Origin: Candidatus Woesearchaeota archaeon
Lineage (GTDB): Archaea > Nanobdellota > Nanobdellia > Woesearchaeales > JAGLXL01
NCBI GenBank assembly: GCA_030640025.1
Contig: DAOWKC010000002.1
Span: forward strand, 4,029 to 68,028
Direction: 5' to 3'
Length of the DNA stretch: 64,000 bases
Both the position numbers and the translations under genes were made by a program. The number at the start of each line of letters is the position of its first letter. The stretch's first letter is position 1. Of the stretch, positions 38,285 through 48,325 are shown in pieces. Under the pieces are notes generated by a model. It searched no databases and was not told the DNA's origin. It saw only the letters and a program-made list of their open reading frames with translations.

Positions 38285-39079
38285 TTACTTGAGGAGTTTA
38301 GCCAACTCGTCAAGACGGTTGATGAGCATGTCAGCAGCAGTATCCAGGATTTGTTTTGGGTCAAGTTGACCCCAACTTTCAACGTGAAAAACAAAATTAT
38401 TGATATTTTCGATTTGAGCGCCTAATTTTTCCAAAGATTCGATGCAAGCTTCATAATTAAGACTTTGGAGCAAAGCTTCATGATTAATTTTAATTTTGTT
38501 GCCAGCTAATTGGAAAACATTTTTATCAATCCTAACCAAAGCTTGCTTGTCTTCGTTTTTTAATTTGGAAGCATCGAATTTAATTGATGGTTCGTGTTTG
38601 TAAAAAACTAAACCAGGCGAGTATTTAGCATGATTCTTGCCTTGGCCTAAAACAGCTGTAGCAACTAGTTCTAATTTTTGTTTAGCTAAGAGCTTGACAA
38701 CAGGCATGTCTGGATAAACAAACTTACATTTAGGGTCTTTACTCTGAGCATCTGAAGCAGTGACAATGCCTCTCTTGCCTGTTTTGAGGATAATTTTTAA
38801 TTGGCATTTAGCACAGCCAGCACCTTTGCATGAGCATTCTTCTGGTAAATCATAGCTTTTGAGATCGGTTTTGATTGGCATTAATCCTAAACGGTGAGCT
38901 ACAATTTCGTCATATAAAGCTGAGCTGTTATCATGGAATTCAACTTCTTCGATGGCTAAAACAGGGACTTCGTCCATGGCAAAACACCTAATAACATTAG
39001 CAAAGGCTTCGGTGGAATCTTTTAAAATAAAAGACAATTTATTGTTCTTTTTATCCAAATTTAAATTTTCAATCTTCAT
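38285..39079 (-). CDS. rpoD: DNA-directed RNA polymerase subunit D (Rpb3)
   Basis: Dimerisation domain plus the Cys-rich insertion [12 protein letters not shown]. 264 aa. Conserved position between S11 and L18e. Confidence 0.85.
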   Translation of the reverse strand: MKIENLNLDKKNNKLSFILKDSTEAFANVIRCFAMDEVPVLAIEEVEFHDNSSALYDEIVAHRLGLMPIKTDLKSYDLPEECSCKGAGCAKCQLKIILKTGKRGIVTASDAQSKDPKCKFVYPDMPVVKLLAKQKLELVATAVLGQGKNHAKYSPGLVFYKHEPSIKFDASKLKNEDKQALVRIDKNVFQLAGNKIKINHEALLQSLNYEACIESLEKLGAQIENINNFVFHVESWGQLDPKQILDTAADMLINRLDELAKLLK

Positions 39080-39546
39080 ACTCTTCTACCTCTGCGTCCG
39101 CCTTTAACACGGCAACCGTCATGGGCTTCTGGAGTAACATCTTCGATTCTGCCTATCTTTAGGCCCATTCTTGAAAGAGCTCTGATAGCAGCTTGAGCAC
39201 CAGGACCGGGATTAGATGGACCTTGATGTCCGCCTGGAGCTCTGACTTTTACATGCAAACCATTGATACCTTTATCTTTAATCAAATCAGCTATTTTCTT
39301 GGCAGCAGTCATAGCAGCAGTTGGTGAGCTTTCCAACCGGTCGGCTTTGACAACCTGTCCGCCGCTGGTTCGGGCAATGGTTTCTGTTCCAGTAATATCA
39401 GTAACGTGAATAATAGTATTATTGTAACTAGAATAAATGTGAGCAACAGCCCATCTTATTTTTCGGTCAAATCTATAATCTGATCTTGGGGCTCTTGGAG
39501 TTCTTGGCGGCCTTGAAGATTTTTGATATCGAGGATTTGGTCTCAT
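39076..39546 (-). CDS. rps11: 30S ribosomal protein S11 (uS11)
   Basis: [29 protein letters not shown]... Confidence 0.85.
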   Translation of the reverse strand: MRPNPRYQKSSRPPRTPRAPRSDYRFDRKIRWAVAHIYSSYNNTIIHVTDITGTETIARTSGGQVVKADRLESSPTAAMTAAKKIADLIKDKGINGLHVKVRAPGGHQGPSNPGPGAQAAIRALSRMGLKIGRIEDVTPEAHDGCRVKGGRRGRRV

Positions 39547-40268
39547 TTTTTATCCTCCTTTTTCTCTTCTTTAGGAGCTTCTTTTTTCTCTGTTTTCTTT
39601 GGTTCTTTTTTCTTTTCTGTCTTAGTTTCTTTCTTTTTAGCTGGTTTTTTCTTGGTTTCTTTTTTAACTGGTTTTTTTGCTTCTTTCTTTTTCTCTGTTT
39701 TTCCAGCTTGCTTTTTTTCTTCCTCAGTCGGAGCTGGTCTGACCGGCATTTTTTCTTCAATGCTTCTTTCTGGATGATCTTGATTAGCTAATTTTGATTT
39801 AGGTGTGAATTGAATAGAATCTTCTTCTGCTCTAGTGACAAGATAATTAGGAGCAGTTACTTTTTTACCCTTAATCATGATATGTTGATGAACAATAAAT
39901 TGTCTGGCTTGAGCTTGGGTTCGGGCCAAAGCTTTTTTGGTGACCATGTTTTGGAGACGCCGGTCCATGATATCTTTGAGATTGAGGCTTAAAACATCGT
40001 CCAAGGCAGCTTCGGGTGAGACTAGGCCAAGTTTATGAAGACGCTGCAATAATTGCTTTTTTTCTTTTTCGCCTTGTTTAGTAGTGGCTGAGATAAGGTT
40101 TTTAGCCCGGTCCTTGAATTTTTTAAGAACAGAATCGATTTTGTAAATTTCTTTTTTGTTTTTAAGAGCAAACTCTCTGGTTAATTCTTTTTCCTGATCA
40201 ATTCTTTCTTTAACCCAAGGATGTCTTGGAGTAAAGTATTTTTTCTTTGGTTTTTTTGGATCTCCCAT
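39543..40268 (-). CDS. rps4: 30S ribosomal protein S4 (uS4) with a roughly 60-aa Lys/Glu-rich C-terminal extension
   Basis: N-terminal [18 protein letters not shown] and an S4 RNA-binding domain. The tail is [57 protein letters not shown]. Confidence 0.8.
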   Translation of the reverse strand: MGDPKKPKKKYFTPRHPWVKERIDQEKELTREFALKNKKEIYKIDSVLKKFKDRAKNLISATTKQGEKEKKQLLQRLHKLGLVSPEAALDDVLSLNLKDIMDRRLQNMVTKKALARTQAQARQFIVHQHIMIKGKKVTAPNYLVTRAEEDSIQFTPKSKLANQDHPERSIEEKMPVRPAPTEEEKKQAGKTEKKKEAKKPVKKETKKKPAKKKETKTEKKKEPKKTEKKEAPKEEKKEDKK

Positions 40269-40270
40269 TT

Positions 40271-40774
40271 TTATTTCTTACCGCTGACCTTTTTTCTTTG
40301 GACGCCTAAAGTTACTTTACCCTTATTTTTTCTGAAATTGGAACGAGTTCTTTGTCCTCTGACTGGTTTGCCAGCGGAATGTCTAACTCCTCTATAACAT
40401 TTGATTTTTCTTAATCTTTTGACATCATTTTCTTGAGTGAAATCTAAATCATTGGTTAAAAGATGTTTATCTGTATTTGATTCAAAATCTCTTTGCCGGT
40501 TAAAGACCCAAGAAGGAATGTTATGCTGGATTGGATTTTCAATGATGTTATTTAATTTAGAAACTTCGTCGTCTGTCAAGACACCGGCTTTTTTGGTTTT
40601 GTCAACATCAGCTAAGTTGCAGGCCAAGCAAGCAAAAGTATAACCGACACCTTTGATTTTAGTTAAAGCATAAGCTATGGCTTTTTCTCCTTTGAGGTCG
40701 GTTTTAGCAATACGAACTAGGTATTTGATTTCTTGTGGTGGTTGTTTTTGCTCTGTTTTTGGTTTTTGTTCCAT
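40271..40774 (-). CDS. rps13: 30S ribosomal protein S13 (uS13)
   Basis: LVRIAKTDLKGEKAIAYALTKIKGVG core and a basic C-terminus. Start placed at the internal Met. Confidence 0.8.
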   Translation of the reverse strand: MEQKPKTEQKQPPQEIKYLVRIAKTDLKGEKAIAYALTKIKGVGYTFACLACNLADVDKTKKAGVLTDDEVSKLNNIIENPIQHNIPSWVFNRQRDFESNTDKHLLTNDLDFTQENDVKRLRKIKCYRGVRHSAGKPVRGQRTRSNFRKNKGKVTLGVQRKKVSGKK

Positions 40775-40936
40775 TTTATATTTGACTGAGAAGTTAGTTC
40801 CCAGCCCTATTGGAACCAATAAATTGGTTCTAATATGCCAGAAAAACTTTTTTTCTGAGCATATACGCTAACCACTCGGGCTAATTTATGTTTGTTTTGA
40901 GAGGGGGTTTATAAAGGTTTTGGTGAAAATTAATAT

Positions 40937-41773
40937 ATGTATTTTAACTTGCAAAATAAGATGAGATATATTATTATTTTATTATTGGTTTTAGTGGTAT
41001 TGACTGGGTGTCAAGGAAATGAAGTTGTTTCTGAATTAGAAAGCAAGTCATTAATGATGAATTTCACTGCTGATAACCCAATTAGAAAGTATAATGTGTT
41101 AGTTTATTCAAATAAAGATTATTCTTGGTCATTGTCTAATCATTATGAAGTGATTGGTTCTGACGAGGGAAAGCTTTCAGAAGAGTCATTTAATCAAGTT
41201 ACTATGGAGTTGGAAAAATCTGGTTTTTTTTCTGAGTTTAATGAATGTAAGGAAATGGTTTTTAAAATAACTGGAGGAGAGAGTTACTGGATTTATTTTA
41301 AAGATGGAACTAGGGAAAAACAAATAGATCCTGGTGATTACACAAATTATGATAATGAGGCAGAAAGATACTGTATCCAGTGGGAGCCAACAAATAAGAT
41401 GTTGAGACTTTTAGATCCAGACAAAGTTATTTTTGAAACTAGGTATGATCCTGAAGAGAAAGAAGAGGAGGAAGAGGAAGAAGAGATGCCTGAATTTGAG
41501 ATTACTGAAGGGATTACAGTCAAGTTAGTGGAAATTTCTGGCGGTGGTTTTGTTGAGGCTGCAGGATATTATGAAGGAACTTTAAAGTTAAGGGGTGTTG
41601 GGGATGACGAAGAGTATACTATATTTGCTTGTTCAAAAAGCTGGGATTGGGTTAAACAAGATGGTTGTTATAAATTTGATAAAAGTGAAGTAGATAAGAA
41701 TGTAGACAACCATAAATTTTCTGCTGAGCTGAGCGGCTGTTTTGTTGGGCGTCTGGCAGAAACTAGTTGTTGA
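40937..41773 (+). CDS. putative lipoprotein / secreted protein with an acidic (EEKEEEEEEEE) linker
   Basis: Signal peptide with a lipobox-like LTGC, and no catalytic motifs. Confidence 0.45.
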   Translation: MYFNLQNKMRYIIILLLVLVVLTGCQGNEVVSELESKSLMMNFTADNPIRKYNVLVYSNKDYSWSLSNHYEVIGSDEGKLSEESFNQVTMELEKSGFFSEFNECKEMVFKITGGESYWIYFKDGTREKQIDPGDYTNYDNEAERYCIQWEPTNKMLRLLDPDKVIFETRYDPEEKEEEEEEEEMPEFEITEGITVKLVEISGGGFVEAAGYYEGTLKLRGVGDDEEYTIFACSKSWDWVKQDGCYKFDKSEVDKNVDNHKFSAELSGCFVGRLAETSC

Positions 41774-44395
41774 TTATTCTTTTTTGAACCTTGATTTAAT
41801 CAAAGCAAAATTAACCGGGTTCTTAATCTTCTTGCATAAAGGTTCAGGATGGCAGACATTGAAGGATTTGTAGTAGTCTGGGTGGCTGCAGTTTGGCGGG
41901 AGGATGGGTTTTTTGTTTTTGGCGCTGTTAAGCTGGCCAAGGAGAATATTTTCTCTGAGAGATTCAGGTTGATTTCTTTTGTTCCAGTCCAAGAGAAATG
42001 ATTTGATTTCTTCATGACCCCAACCGCATTTTTTTAAGAAATTAATGAGGATGAAAGTGGAACGTTTTTTGCCGTCTTCGAGTCCTTTGAGGATTCGATG
42101 AATGCAAGGAGGAAAGCAATTTTCTGGAATGGCATTTTCTGGTAAAGGCATTTCTCGTCTTTGGATTTGTATTTCTTCTTCTGGCATTTTGAAATCAAAG
42201 GCTTGAACTAGCAAGGATTTGGCTTCATTAGGTTGGGCTTTTTTGTCAAGGAAAACAAACTCTGAAACTGGGCAGCCTGGTTTGGCCTGGTTTTTGGTGA
42301 ATTCTAATATTTTTTTGGGGTTGATGGGTATGGAGACAAGACCTGATTTTTCATGTAAAGAATAAGGAGCACGGTAAAGGTGTCTCGATGAAATTAATAA
42401 GGTGTCGATTTCTAAAAAAGGTTCAACATCTAAAGCAGGGATTTGTTCACCAAATTCATTTCTTTGGTAGCGGATAATATTTTTGGTTTCCAGGCCGGTT
42501 TTTTCCTTGATTTTGTTGAAATCACTATTTTCTAATTTGAGGATTTGCCGGCTGAGCGGGTTTTTGATTTTTTCAGTAATGTAGAAAGCGATCCTTCGGG
42601 GTGCTTCGGGAAAAAGGTCTTTTATTTCTTGGTTATTGATTTTTTCTGGAAAGGCTTCAAAAGGAACAGCAATATGGAAGCCTTTGTTGCCAGAATTGTG
42701 CAGTAAAACAGGATAAACGCCACCAAAAAAAGCCTCAGTGTCTGATACTGAAACATCATAAACATTTTCTTTTTTACTTTTTACCATTTTTTTAATTTTA
42801 ACAGTAGCGATGTCATTATTGAACAATTTTTTGTAGTTTGAAATGATTTTCTTTGATTGATAATCATAATCAATAGATTTAGTTTTATCAAACCAGTCTA
42901 AGATTTTTTTTATTCTCTTTAGATTAGCTGATTTTTTCTTGAGACTCATCTGTTCTGTCCTGTGGTGGTTGAATTTTTTTGGTTTGATCTGATGATAGAC
43001 CTGCCTCAAGCCATCGACAGGGAAAACTTTGTCATGAGGATGTGGAGAAAATTTATTTCTTTCCCTGAAAAACTCATTTGAATTTAGTTCTGATTTAGGG
43101 ATATTCATAGTATAAACATGACTGCCTTTGAAGATGTTTCCTTGAGGTAATTCATGCTCCCTGCAAAATTCTTGATTGACAGAACACGAAATTCCATTCA
43201 ATTTAGATAGCCATACCAATTGAGTGATCAATTGATGAGAAACAGATTTTATTGTAATTGAATATTGGCCACGTTTATAACCATCTCCTCTGATGTAACT
43301 TTTTAACATCTCTTCGAAATACTCCTTAGGCAACTCCCAAGAAAACTCAGGAACATGCTTATTTTTTGCTCCCTTACCACAGCTTTTTTCAAAAAAATGA
43401 TACCATTCTTTTGAATGAATTAAGATTTGTGTCGTTTTGGGATTTGGATGTCTGATTGAAATAAATCTTTTGGTAAATCTTTTCAATAAATTAACACAAT
43501 CAGAAATATAATCTTTTTCGTCGATGTGAAAAGAAAAACCTATTTGATATATTGTTTTAGTGATATGGCCTTCAGCCAGATAGTAGCCCAATAATCTCAT
43601 TAAATCCCTGTTTATTTTAATTTCCCTTTTAGTTGGCTTTTTATTATAATCAAATTCCCAACTAAAATATTCTGGTTCTTTTGTTAGATTATTTGAACTA
43701 TTAAAAGTAATCAATTCATCAGAATCTTTTAATTCATTTACTTTTTTTTGGATAATAAAACCCCTGTTCCAGACAAAAACTGAATGGTGTTTGGTGGCTT
43801 TGATAGGTATTGTGCTATGGGCATGGTGGATTTCATAAATTTTCTCTTTATGGGTCAAATAGTCGTATACTTTAGAAAAACAAACTTTTCTTCTTTTATT
43901 TAAAGATAAAACTTGGATTTTTTTACCCGATTTATGGAGTTCGATTACTTTGGCAATCGGAACAAGACTAATAGTTTTATCTGTTTTTATTAGTAAGGGT
44001 GTGTCTCCAGTAACACTAAATTTGATAGAATAAGATTTGATTTTGTTGTAGTCAAGGAATTTGATGATTAAGTGAGCAGCTATTTTGGAATATTCAATGA
44101 ATTTACAGTCAATATCAAGGACAAGGTCCCAGCCAATTCTTAAGTTGTCGAGTTCTCTTTTTTTGAGGTCGGGGTTGAGTTGGAGGGGATTAAGCCAGCG
44201 TTCTTCTGAAGTATGAAAAGAAGTAGCGCCTTTTTTAGCTAATTCAAGAATATCATTAGGGTATTGTAAGATGTCAGGGCGTTTGCCGAATTTGTCTTCG
44301 TATCGAACGGTTGTTTCCCTACTTTCGACATGTTCAATCATGGCTTTTTGAATATCTTTTCTCTTGTAATGCTTGAGAAGGGTTGAGATATGCAT
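41774..44395 (-). CDS. priSL: fused archaeo-eukaryotic primase PriS-PriL (small catalytic subunit plus large-subunit Fe-S C-terminal domain), interrupted by an intein
   Basis: N-extein carries AEP motif I LVLDIDC. The C-extein starts with motif II SGNKGFHIAVP and ends with a PriL-CTD-like region CFPPCIHRILKGL...CGW...C...C (compare FPPCM of eukaryotic PriL). Extein total 432 aa. Confidence 0.8.
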   Translation of the reverse strand: MHISTLLKHYKRKDIQKAMIEHVESRETTVRYEDKFGKRPDILQYPNDILELAKKGATSFHTSEERWLNPLQLNPDLKKRELDNLRIGWDLVLDIDCKFIEYSKIAAHLIIKFLDYNKIKSYSIKFSVTGDTPLLIKTDKTISLVPIAKVIELHKSGKKIQVLSLNKRRKVCFSKVYDYLTHKEKIYEIHHAHSTIPIKATKHHSVFVWNRGFIIQKKVNELKDSDELITFNSSNNLTKEPEYFSWEFDYNKKPTKREIKINRDLMRLLGYYLAEGHITKTIYQIGFSFHIDEKDYISDCVNLLKRFTKRFISIRHPNPKTTQILIHSKEWYHFFEKSCGKGAKNKHVPEFSWELPKEYFEEMLKSYIRGDGYKRGQYSITIKSVSHQLITQLVWLSKLNGISCSVNQEFCREHELPQGNIFKGSHVYTMNIPKSELNSNEFFRERNKFSPHPHDKVFPVDGLRQVYHQIKPKKFNHHRTEQMSLKKKSANLKRIKKILDWFDKTKSIDYDYQSKKIISNYKKLFNNDIATVKIKKMVKSKKENVYDVSVSDTEAFFGGVYPVLLHNSGNKGFHIAVPFEAFPEKINNQEIKDLFPEAPRRIAFYITEKIKNPLSRQILKLENSDFNKIKEKTGLETKNIIRYQRNEFGEQIPALDVEPFLEIDTLLISSRHLYRAPYSLHEKSGLVSIPINPKKILEFTKNQAKPGCPVSEFVFLDKKAQPNEAKSLLVQAFDFKMPEEEIQIQRREMPLPENAIPENCFPPCIHRILKGLEDGKKRSTFILINFLKKCGWGHEEIKSFLLDWNKRNQPESLRENILLGQLNSAKNKKPILPPNCSHPDYYKSFNVCHPEPLCKKIKNPVNFALIKSRFKKE
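42695..44017 (-). mobile_element. 441-aa intein with LAGLIDADG homing endonuclease domain, inserted between F126 and S of the primase SGxxGxH motif
   Basis: Block A SVTGDTPLL (Ser1), block G VYDVSVSDTEAFFGGVYPVLLHN followed by +1 Ser, and LAGLIDADG motifs LLGYYLAEGHI and YIRGDGYKRG inside. Confidence 0.8.
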
Positions 44396-44596
44396 TTTTT
44401 TTGACAGAAACCCTGTCGTTCGCCATGCTTCATATCGTTGTAAATCTAATGAAGCACTATTGCTGTCTGACGATTAGTAAAGTAAGGCGCCATAAATTGC
44501 TACGCAATTTAAAGGTGGCTCACTTGCCCTTTGGCCAGGGTTTCTGTAAAAGCGTAAAGGACAAGGTTTAAAATGTTTTGTGGTTTTAGAGTGGGT

Positions 44597-44947
44597 ATGA
44601 AAGATGTTTATGATGAAATCATGGGATTTTTGAAGAGGATAAAAGAGGAAGATAAGTTAGTGATAGTGGAAGGGGTGAATGACAAAAGGGCATTGGCAAG
44701 TTTTGGGGTGAAGAGGGTTAAAACACTTTCCCGCCGGGCTTTGTATAAAGTAGTTGAGGAAGTGAGGGATAAGGATGTTGTTCTTTTGGTTGATTTGGAC
44801 AGGGCTGGTAAAAAATTGTATGCTTATCTAAATTCTGAGTTTTCCCAACGCGGGGTTAGGGTGGATAATAAATTCCGTGAGTTTTTGTTTCGGAAAACCA
44901 AGCTGAGGCAGATTGAAGGACTGAAAAGGTATATGGAGAGATTATAA
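44597..44947 (+). CDS. small Toprim-domain protein
   Basis: LVIVEGVNDKRAL (conserved Glu) ... LLVDLDRAGKK (DxD) is a Toprim fold. 117 aa. Transcribed divergently from the primase gene. Confidence 0.6.
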   Translation: MKDVYDEIMGFLKRIKEEDKLVIVEGVNDKRALASFGVKRVKTLSRRALYKVVEEVRDKDVVLLVDLDRAGKKLYAYLNSEFSQRGVRVDNKFREFLFRKTKLRQIEGLKRYMERL

Positions 44948-45232
44948 AAATTTAAAGCCGCAAGTTTCTTGAGTAAGATGTTCTTTTTGTGTTCGGGGGT
45001 ATTTTCTACAGTTTAATGGTCTAATCGGATGGATAGTACAATAAGAAGTGTTGTCTTTTCTGTATTTTAAAAAAAAGCATTTTTGGGGCAAGCGGCAGCA
45101 TTGGCCGCAATTTAAGCACTGACCAGTTCTACTTTTTGAAATAGGAAGAACAGAAGTTAGGGTTCTTATTATTTTTGACCAGTAATTATTCTTCATATTC
45201 TTTTTCAAAGACTTCTTTGAGTCTTTGGGCAA
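44942..45232 (-). CDS. YkgJ/UPF0153-like Cys-rich zinc/iron-binding protein
   Basis: CLNCGQCC...C motif. It overlaps the 3' end of hef by about 47 nt on the same strand. Confidence 0.4.
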   Translation of the reverse strand: MPKDSKKSLKKNMKNNYWSKIIRTLTSVLPISKSRTGQCLNCGQCCRLPQKCFFLKYRKDNTSYCTIHPIRPLNCRKYPRTQKEHLTQETCGFKFL

Positions 45233-47375
45233 TGGTGGGACCGACTTTAGGGACTTTTTTTAATTGTTCTTCATTGGCGTTGATAAGGTTTTTAATGGTT
45301 TTGAAATGTTTGAGGAGGTCTTGGGCAAGGCTGGGGCCGATTGACGGGAAAGAAGAGACAAGATATTCCTGCTGTTCTTTGAGGGTTAAAGGTTTTCTGG
45401 AATGCAAGGAGAATTCACGGTCTTTGTCTTGTTCTCTTTTGGTGATGATGGCTAAGAGGGCGGCGGTTTCTTTGAAGTTTTTAGTTTGAATGAGGGGGAT
45501 GCCATAACTAATGGTGATGGCAGCAAGCATGCCGCGGATAGCATTGGGGTGGATTTTTCTGACTGAATAAATATCTTCTTCGCCTTCGATAATGACTAGA
45601 GGCCGGGTGTAGTTTCTTTTCATTGATCTTAACTGGTCTAATAAACGGCCGTCAATAATAGAATTGACAAAATCTGGGACAGTTTTAAATTCAACTGCGC
45701 AGTCTGGTGAACAAAGATAGTCAGCTGAGTCAAGCTGTTCTAGTTTGAGGTTGAGGCCGAGGTTGATTAGTTCTTTAATAACACCAGAGCCTTTTTCTCT
45801 ATGATCAACTAAGATTTGGATTTTTTGTTCTTCAGGAATGAATTGAGAAAGAACTGGCTGGGCTTTAAGGGAAAATTCTTTTTTAATTTGGTTTAAGGTG
45901 CGGAACATGCGTTTTTCTTTGTGATAAGCTGACCAGCGGTAGCCTGAGTCTCGGGTTTGGTCGGTTTGGAGGATGATGACACGGCCTTGTTCTTGTCTTC
46001 CGGTGCGGCCTCTTCTTTGGATATGACGGATGGCAGAAGGAATGGGTTCATAGAAAATGACAAGGTCGACAGCAGGGATATCAAGGCCTTCTTCACCGAC
46101 TGAAGTGGCGACTAAAGTATTGAATTCTTGATTGCGAAATTGGTCGAGAATTTCTTTTTGCTTTTTTTGTGATAATCCTGTTTCACCTTTTTTAGTCTGG
46201 CCGACAAAAGTCTTGGCTTGTGTTTGAGTGAGCTGGTTGAGTTGTTCTGTTATTTCAGAAGCTGAATCTCGGTATTGGGTGAAGATGGTGATTTTGGTTT
46301 TAGGATTGTTTTCTGTCTCTTCTTTGACAAGTTCCTTGAGTTTTGTGAGTTTAGGATGTTTGACGTTCATGTCTGAGAGCTGCTGGGTTTTGAGATAAGC
46401 TGATTTGAAATTAATGTCCTGGACAAGGTTTTTGGCAGCTTTGGTTTTACCTGTCCTAGATTCGTCTTGAAGTTTTTCTAAGTAGTTTTTAAGAGGAGTG
46501 ATGCCCTGAGTTTCAACAAGTTCTAAGGCGTGCTGGACTTTCATGGCTTCGGCTAAAAGGGAAACTGATTTTAAAAGTTGGAAATCTTTTTGTCCCCTGG
46601 AGAGCTGGCCATGAAGCTGTGATTGAAGTTTGAGAATTTCAATTTTATTGATGAAAGTGGAATTGAGGTAGCCTAATTTTTTTACTTCTTGGAGTTTTTC
46701 CTGGTAACAATCTTTGAGAAATTTTTGAATTACTTTGAATTGCGGCGGAAGTTCAACTTTAATCCATTCTGTTTTGATTGGTTTGATATAAGGTTTGACA
46801 TCAGGATCATCTGGGGTGCGGACTTCAACTGCTTCAAGGTGAAGATTTTGACAGACTTCTCTGATTTTTTCCAAGTCTGAACCTGGTGAAGCAGTTAAGG
46901 CGAGAATTCTAGGGAAGTCAGCTTTTTTCTGGTATTGTTTGGTTACGAAGACATAAGCATAATCACCAACTGCACGGTGGGCTTCGTCAACCCCTAATAA
47001 GGTGATGTTTTTGAGATTTAATCTGTTGCAGATGATGTCATTTTCAATGACTTGGGGTGTGGAGAAAATAATTTGAGTTTGGTTGTAGAGTTCGATGCGT
47101 TTTTCTGGAGCAGTTTGACCAGTAAAAACAGCAAGTTTTTCTTTTTCTATATCGAAGTATTTTTTGAAGGTTTCAAAATGCTGTTCAACTAAGGGTTTGG
47201 TTGGGGCGAGGAAGAGGATTTTGGATTGAGGATATTGTTTTAATCTTTGAGCAGCGAGCATGAGGAAAATATTAGTTTTGCCTAAGCCAGTGGGGAGAAC
47301 GACTAAGGTGTTTTTTTTAACGGTGGTGGCGAGAATAGTTTCTTGGTAGAGCCTTGGTTGGAAGTTCTTAATCAT
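45186..47375 (-). CDS. hef: Hef / FANCM-like helicase-nuclease (SF2 helicase plus ERCC4 nuclease plus HhH2)
   Basis: Walker A VLPTGLGKT, DEAH-box GVDEAHRA, helicase C (QRRGRTGR), ERCC4 motif ...VERK/IEGEED-like region, and C-terminal HhH (PSIGPSLAQDLLKHF..VPKVGPTIAQRL). Confidence 0.8.
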   Translation of the reverse strand: MIKNFQPRLYQETILATTVKKNTLVVLPTGLGKTNIFLMLAAQRLKQYPQSKILFLAPTKPLVEQHFETFKKYFDIEKEKLAVFTGQTAPEKRIELYNQTQIIFSTPQVIENDIICNRLNLKNITLLGVDEAHRAVGDYAYVFVTKQYQKKADFPRILALTASPGSDLEKIREVCQNLHLEAVEVRTPDDPDVKPYIKPIKTEWIKVELPPQFKVIQKFLKDCYQEKLQEVKKLGYLNSTFINKIEILKLQSQLHGQLSRGQKDFQLLKSVSLLAEAMKVQHALELVETQGITPLKNYLEKLQDESRTGKTKAAKNLVQDINFKSAYLKTQQLSDMNVKHPKLTKLKELVKEETENNPKTKITIFTQYRDSASEITEQLNQLTQTQAKTFVGQTKKGETGLSQKKQKEILDQFRNQEFNTLVATSVGEEGLDIPAVDLVIFYEPIPSAIRHIQRRGRTGRQEQGRVIILQTDQTRDSGYRWSAYHKEKRMFRTLNQIKKEFSLKAQPVLSQFIPEEQKIQILVDHREKGSGVIKELINLGLNLKLEQLDSADYLCSPDCAVEFKTVPDFVNSIIDGRLLDQLRSMKRNYTRPLVIIEGEEDIYSVRKIHPNAIRGMLAAITISYGIPLIQTKNFKETAALLAIITKREQDKDREFSLHSRKPLTLKEQQEYLVSSFPSIGPSLAQDLLKHFKTIKNLINANEEQLKKVPKVGPTIAQRLKEVFEKEYEE

Positions 47376-47431
47376 AGAATATTTTGAGAATTGGTGATTT
47401 ATATAGTTTTGGTGGGGTTGTCCAGTGCTAT

Positions 47432-48283
47432 TTAAACTGGTTGGGGTTTTTCTCTTTTTAATAAAACAGTTGAAAGGATGATTAAAGCTCCACCTACGAC
47501 CATGTTCCAGGTCAAAACTTCTTTGAAGAGAATTATTCCAAATAAGATTGCACTAATAACTTCTATATAACATAAGGATGAGGCAGTTGATAATTTGATT
47601 TTTTTTAAGGCAGAGAAAAATAAACCAAATCCAATAATACCGATTAAAATTACATAGAAAGAAGTCATTCCGGCTTGTGCTGGAGTAGGGAGTGGTTTAT
47701 TGATGAATAAAAAGGGAATGAAGATTACAGCGCCAACTAGATTTTGATAAAAAACTGATTGAAATTTAGTGTATTTTAATGATTCTTTTTTAAAGATAGT
47801 AACAACAAAAGAATATATTAAAGTTGAGCCGATCATAGCAGTCATGCCAAGAAAGTCTTTGTTAGCAAAAGATATCTCTTTGTTAAGATAGACAAAAATG
47901 ATACCTAAGAAAGCTAAAGCAAATAAACCAAGATTTCTTTTTTCAACTTTTTCTTTGAGAAAAATCATGCTGGAAATAGTGGCAAAGATAGGCCAAGTAT
48001 AGAGAATGATGGCAGCATTACTGATAGAAGTGAAAGTAAAGGCAATATAATAAAGTAATACTCTGATGGCATTGAGTGAAGAGGCGAGATACATTAATTT
48101 GTTGTTGCCCTTGAACAAAGGTGTTTTTTTGAAACGAAAGAAGATGATGAGGATAATAGTAGGGATGGCTAATCTAAAAAATGAGAATGTGGTTGGGGGA
48201 AGATTAATATATTTGACAAATGCTCCAGTAGAACCCCAAATGATGGCGGCGATGATGACTTCTAAATAAGGATTAAATTTCAT
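47432..48283 (-). CDS. EamA/DMT superfamily transporter
   Basis: 10 TM helices arranged as two duplicated 5-TM EamA-like halves. Confidence 0.6.
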   Translation of the reverse strand: MKFNPYLEVIIAAIIWGSTGAFVKYINLPPTTFSFFRLAIPTIILIIFFRFKKTPLFKGNNKLMYLASSLNAIRVLLYYIAFTFTSISNAAIILYTWPIFATISSMIFLKEKVEKRNLGLFALAFLGIIFVYLNKEISFANKDFLGMTAMIGSTLIYSFVVTIFKKESLKYTKFQSVFYQNLVGAVIFIPFLFINKPLPTPAQAGMTSFYVILIGIIGFGLFFSALKKIKLSTASSLCYIEVISAILFGIILFKEVLTWNMVVGGALIILSTVLLKREKPQPV

Positions 48284-48325
48284 GGTTTAAGAAAGATTAA
48301 TTTTTTATTTAAATGTTTTTAAGAA

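Noticed and set aside
38203-38394. 63-aa ORF overlapping tRNA-Leu and the rpoD 3' end
   Set aside because: It overlaps a confident tRNA and a confident CDS, and has no motif.
39473-39791. Three overlapping ORFs (minus 39473..39760, plus 39486..39791, plus 39523..39777) with K-rich or F/S-rich translations
   Set aside because: Frame artefacts of the repetitive AAG/AAA-rich DNA that encodes the S4 C-terminal tail.
40830-40870. Hairpin GGAACCAAUAAAUUGGUUC upstream of rps13, considered as a tRNA fragment
   Set aside because: It is a simple 8-bp hairpin with no cloverleaf elements. It is probably a terminator or processing structure between operons.
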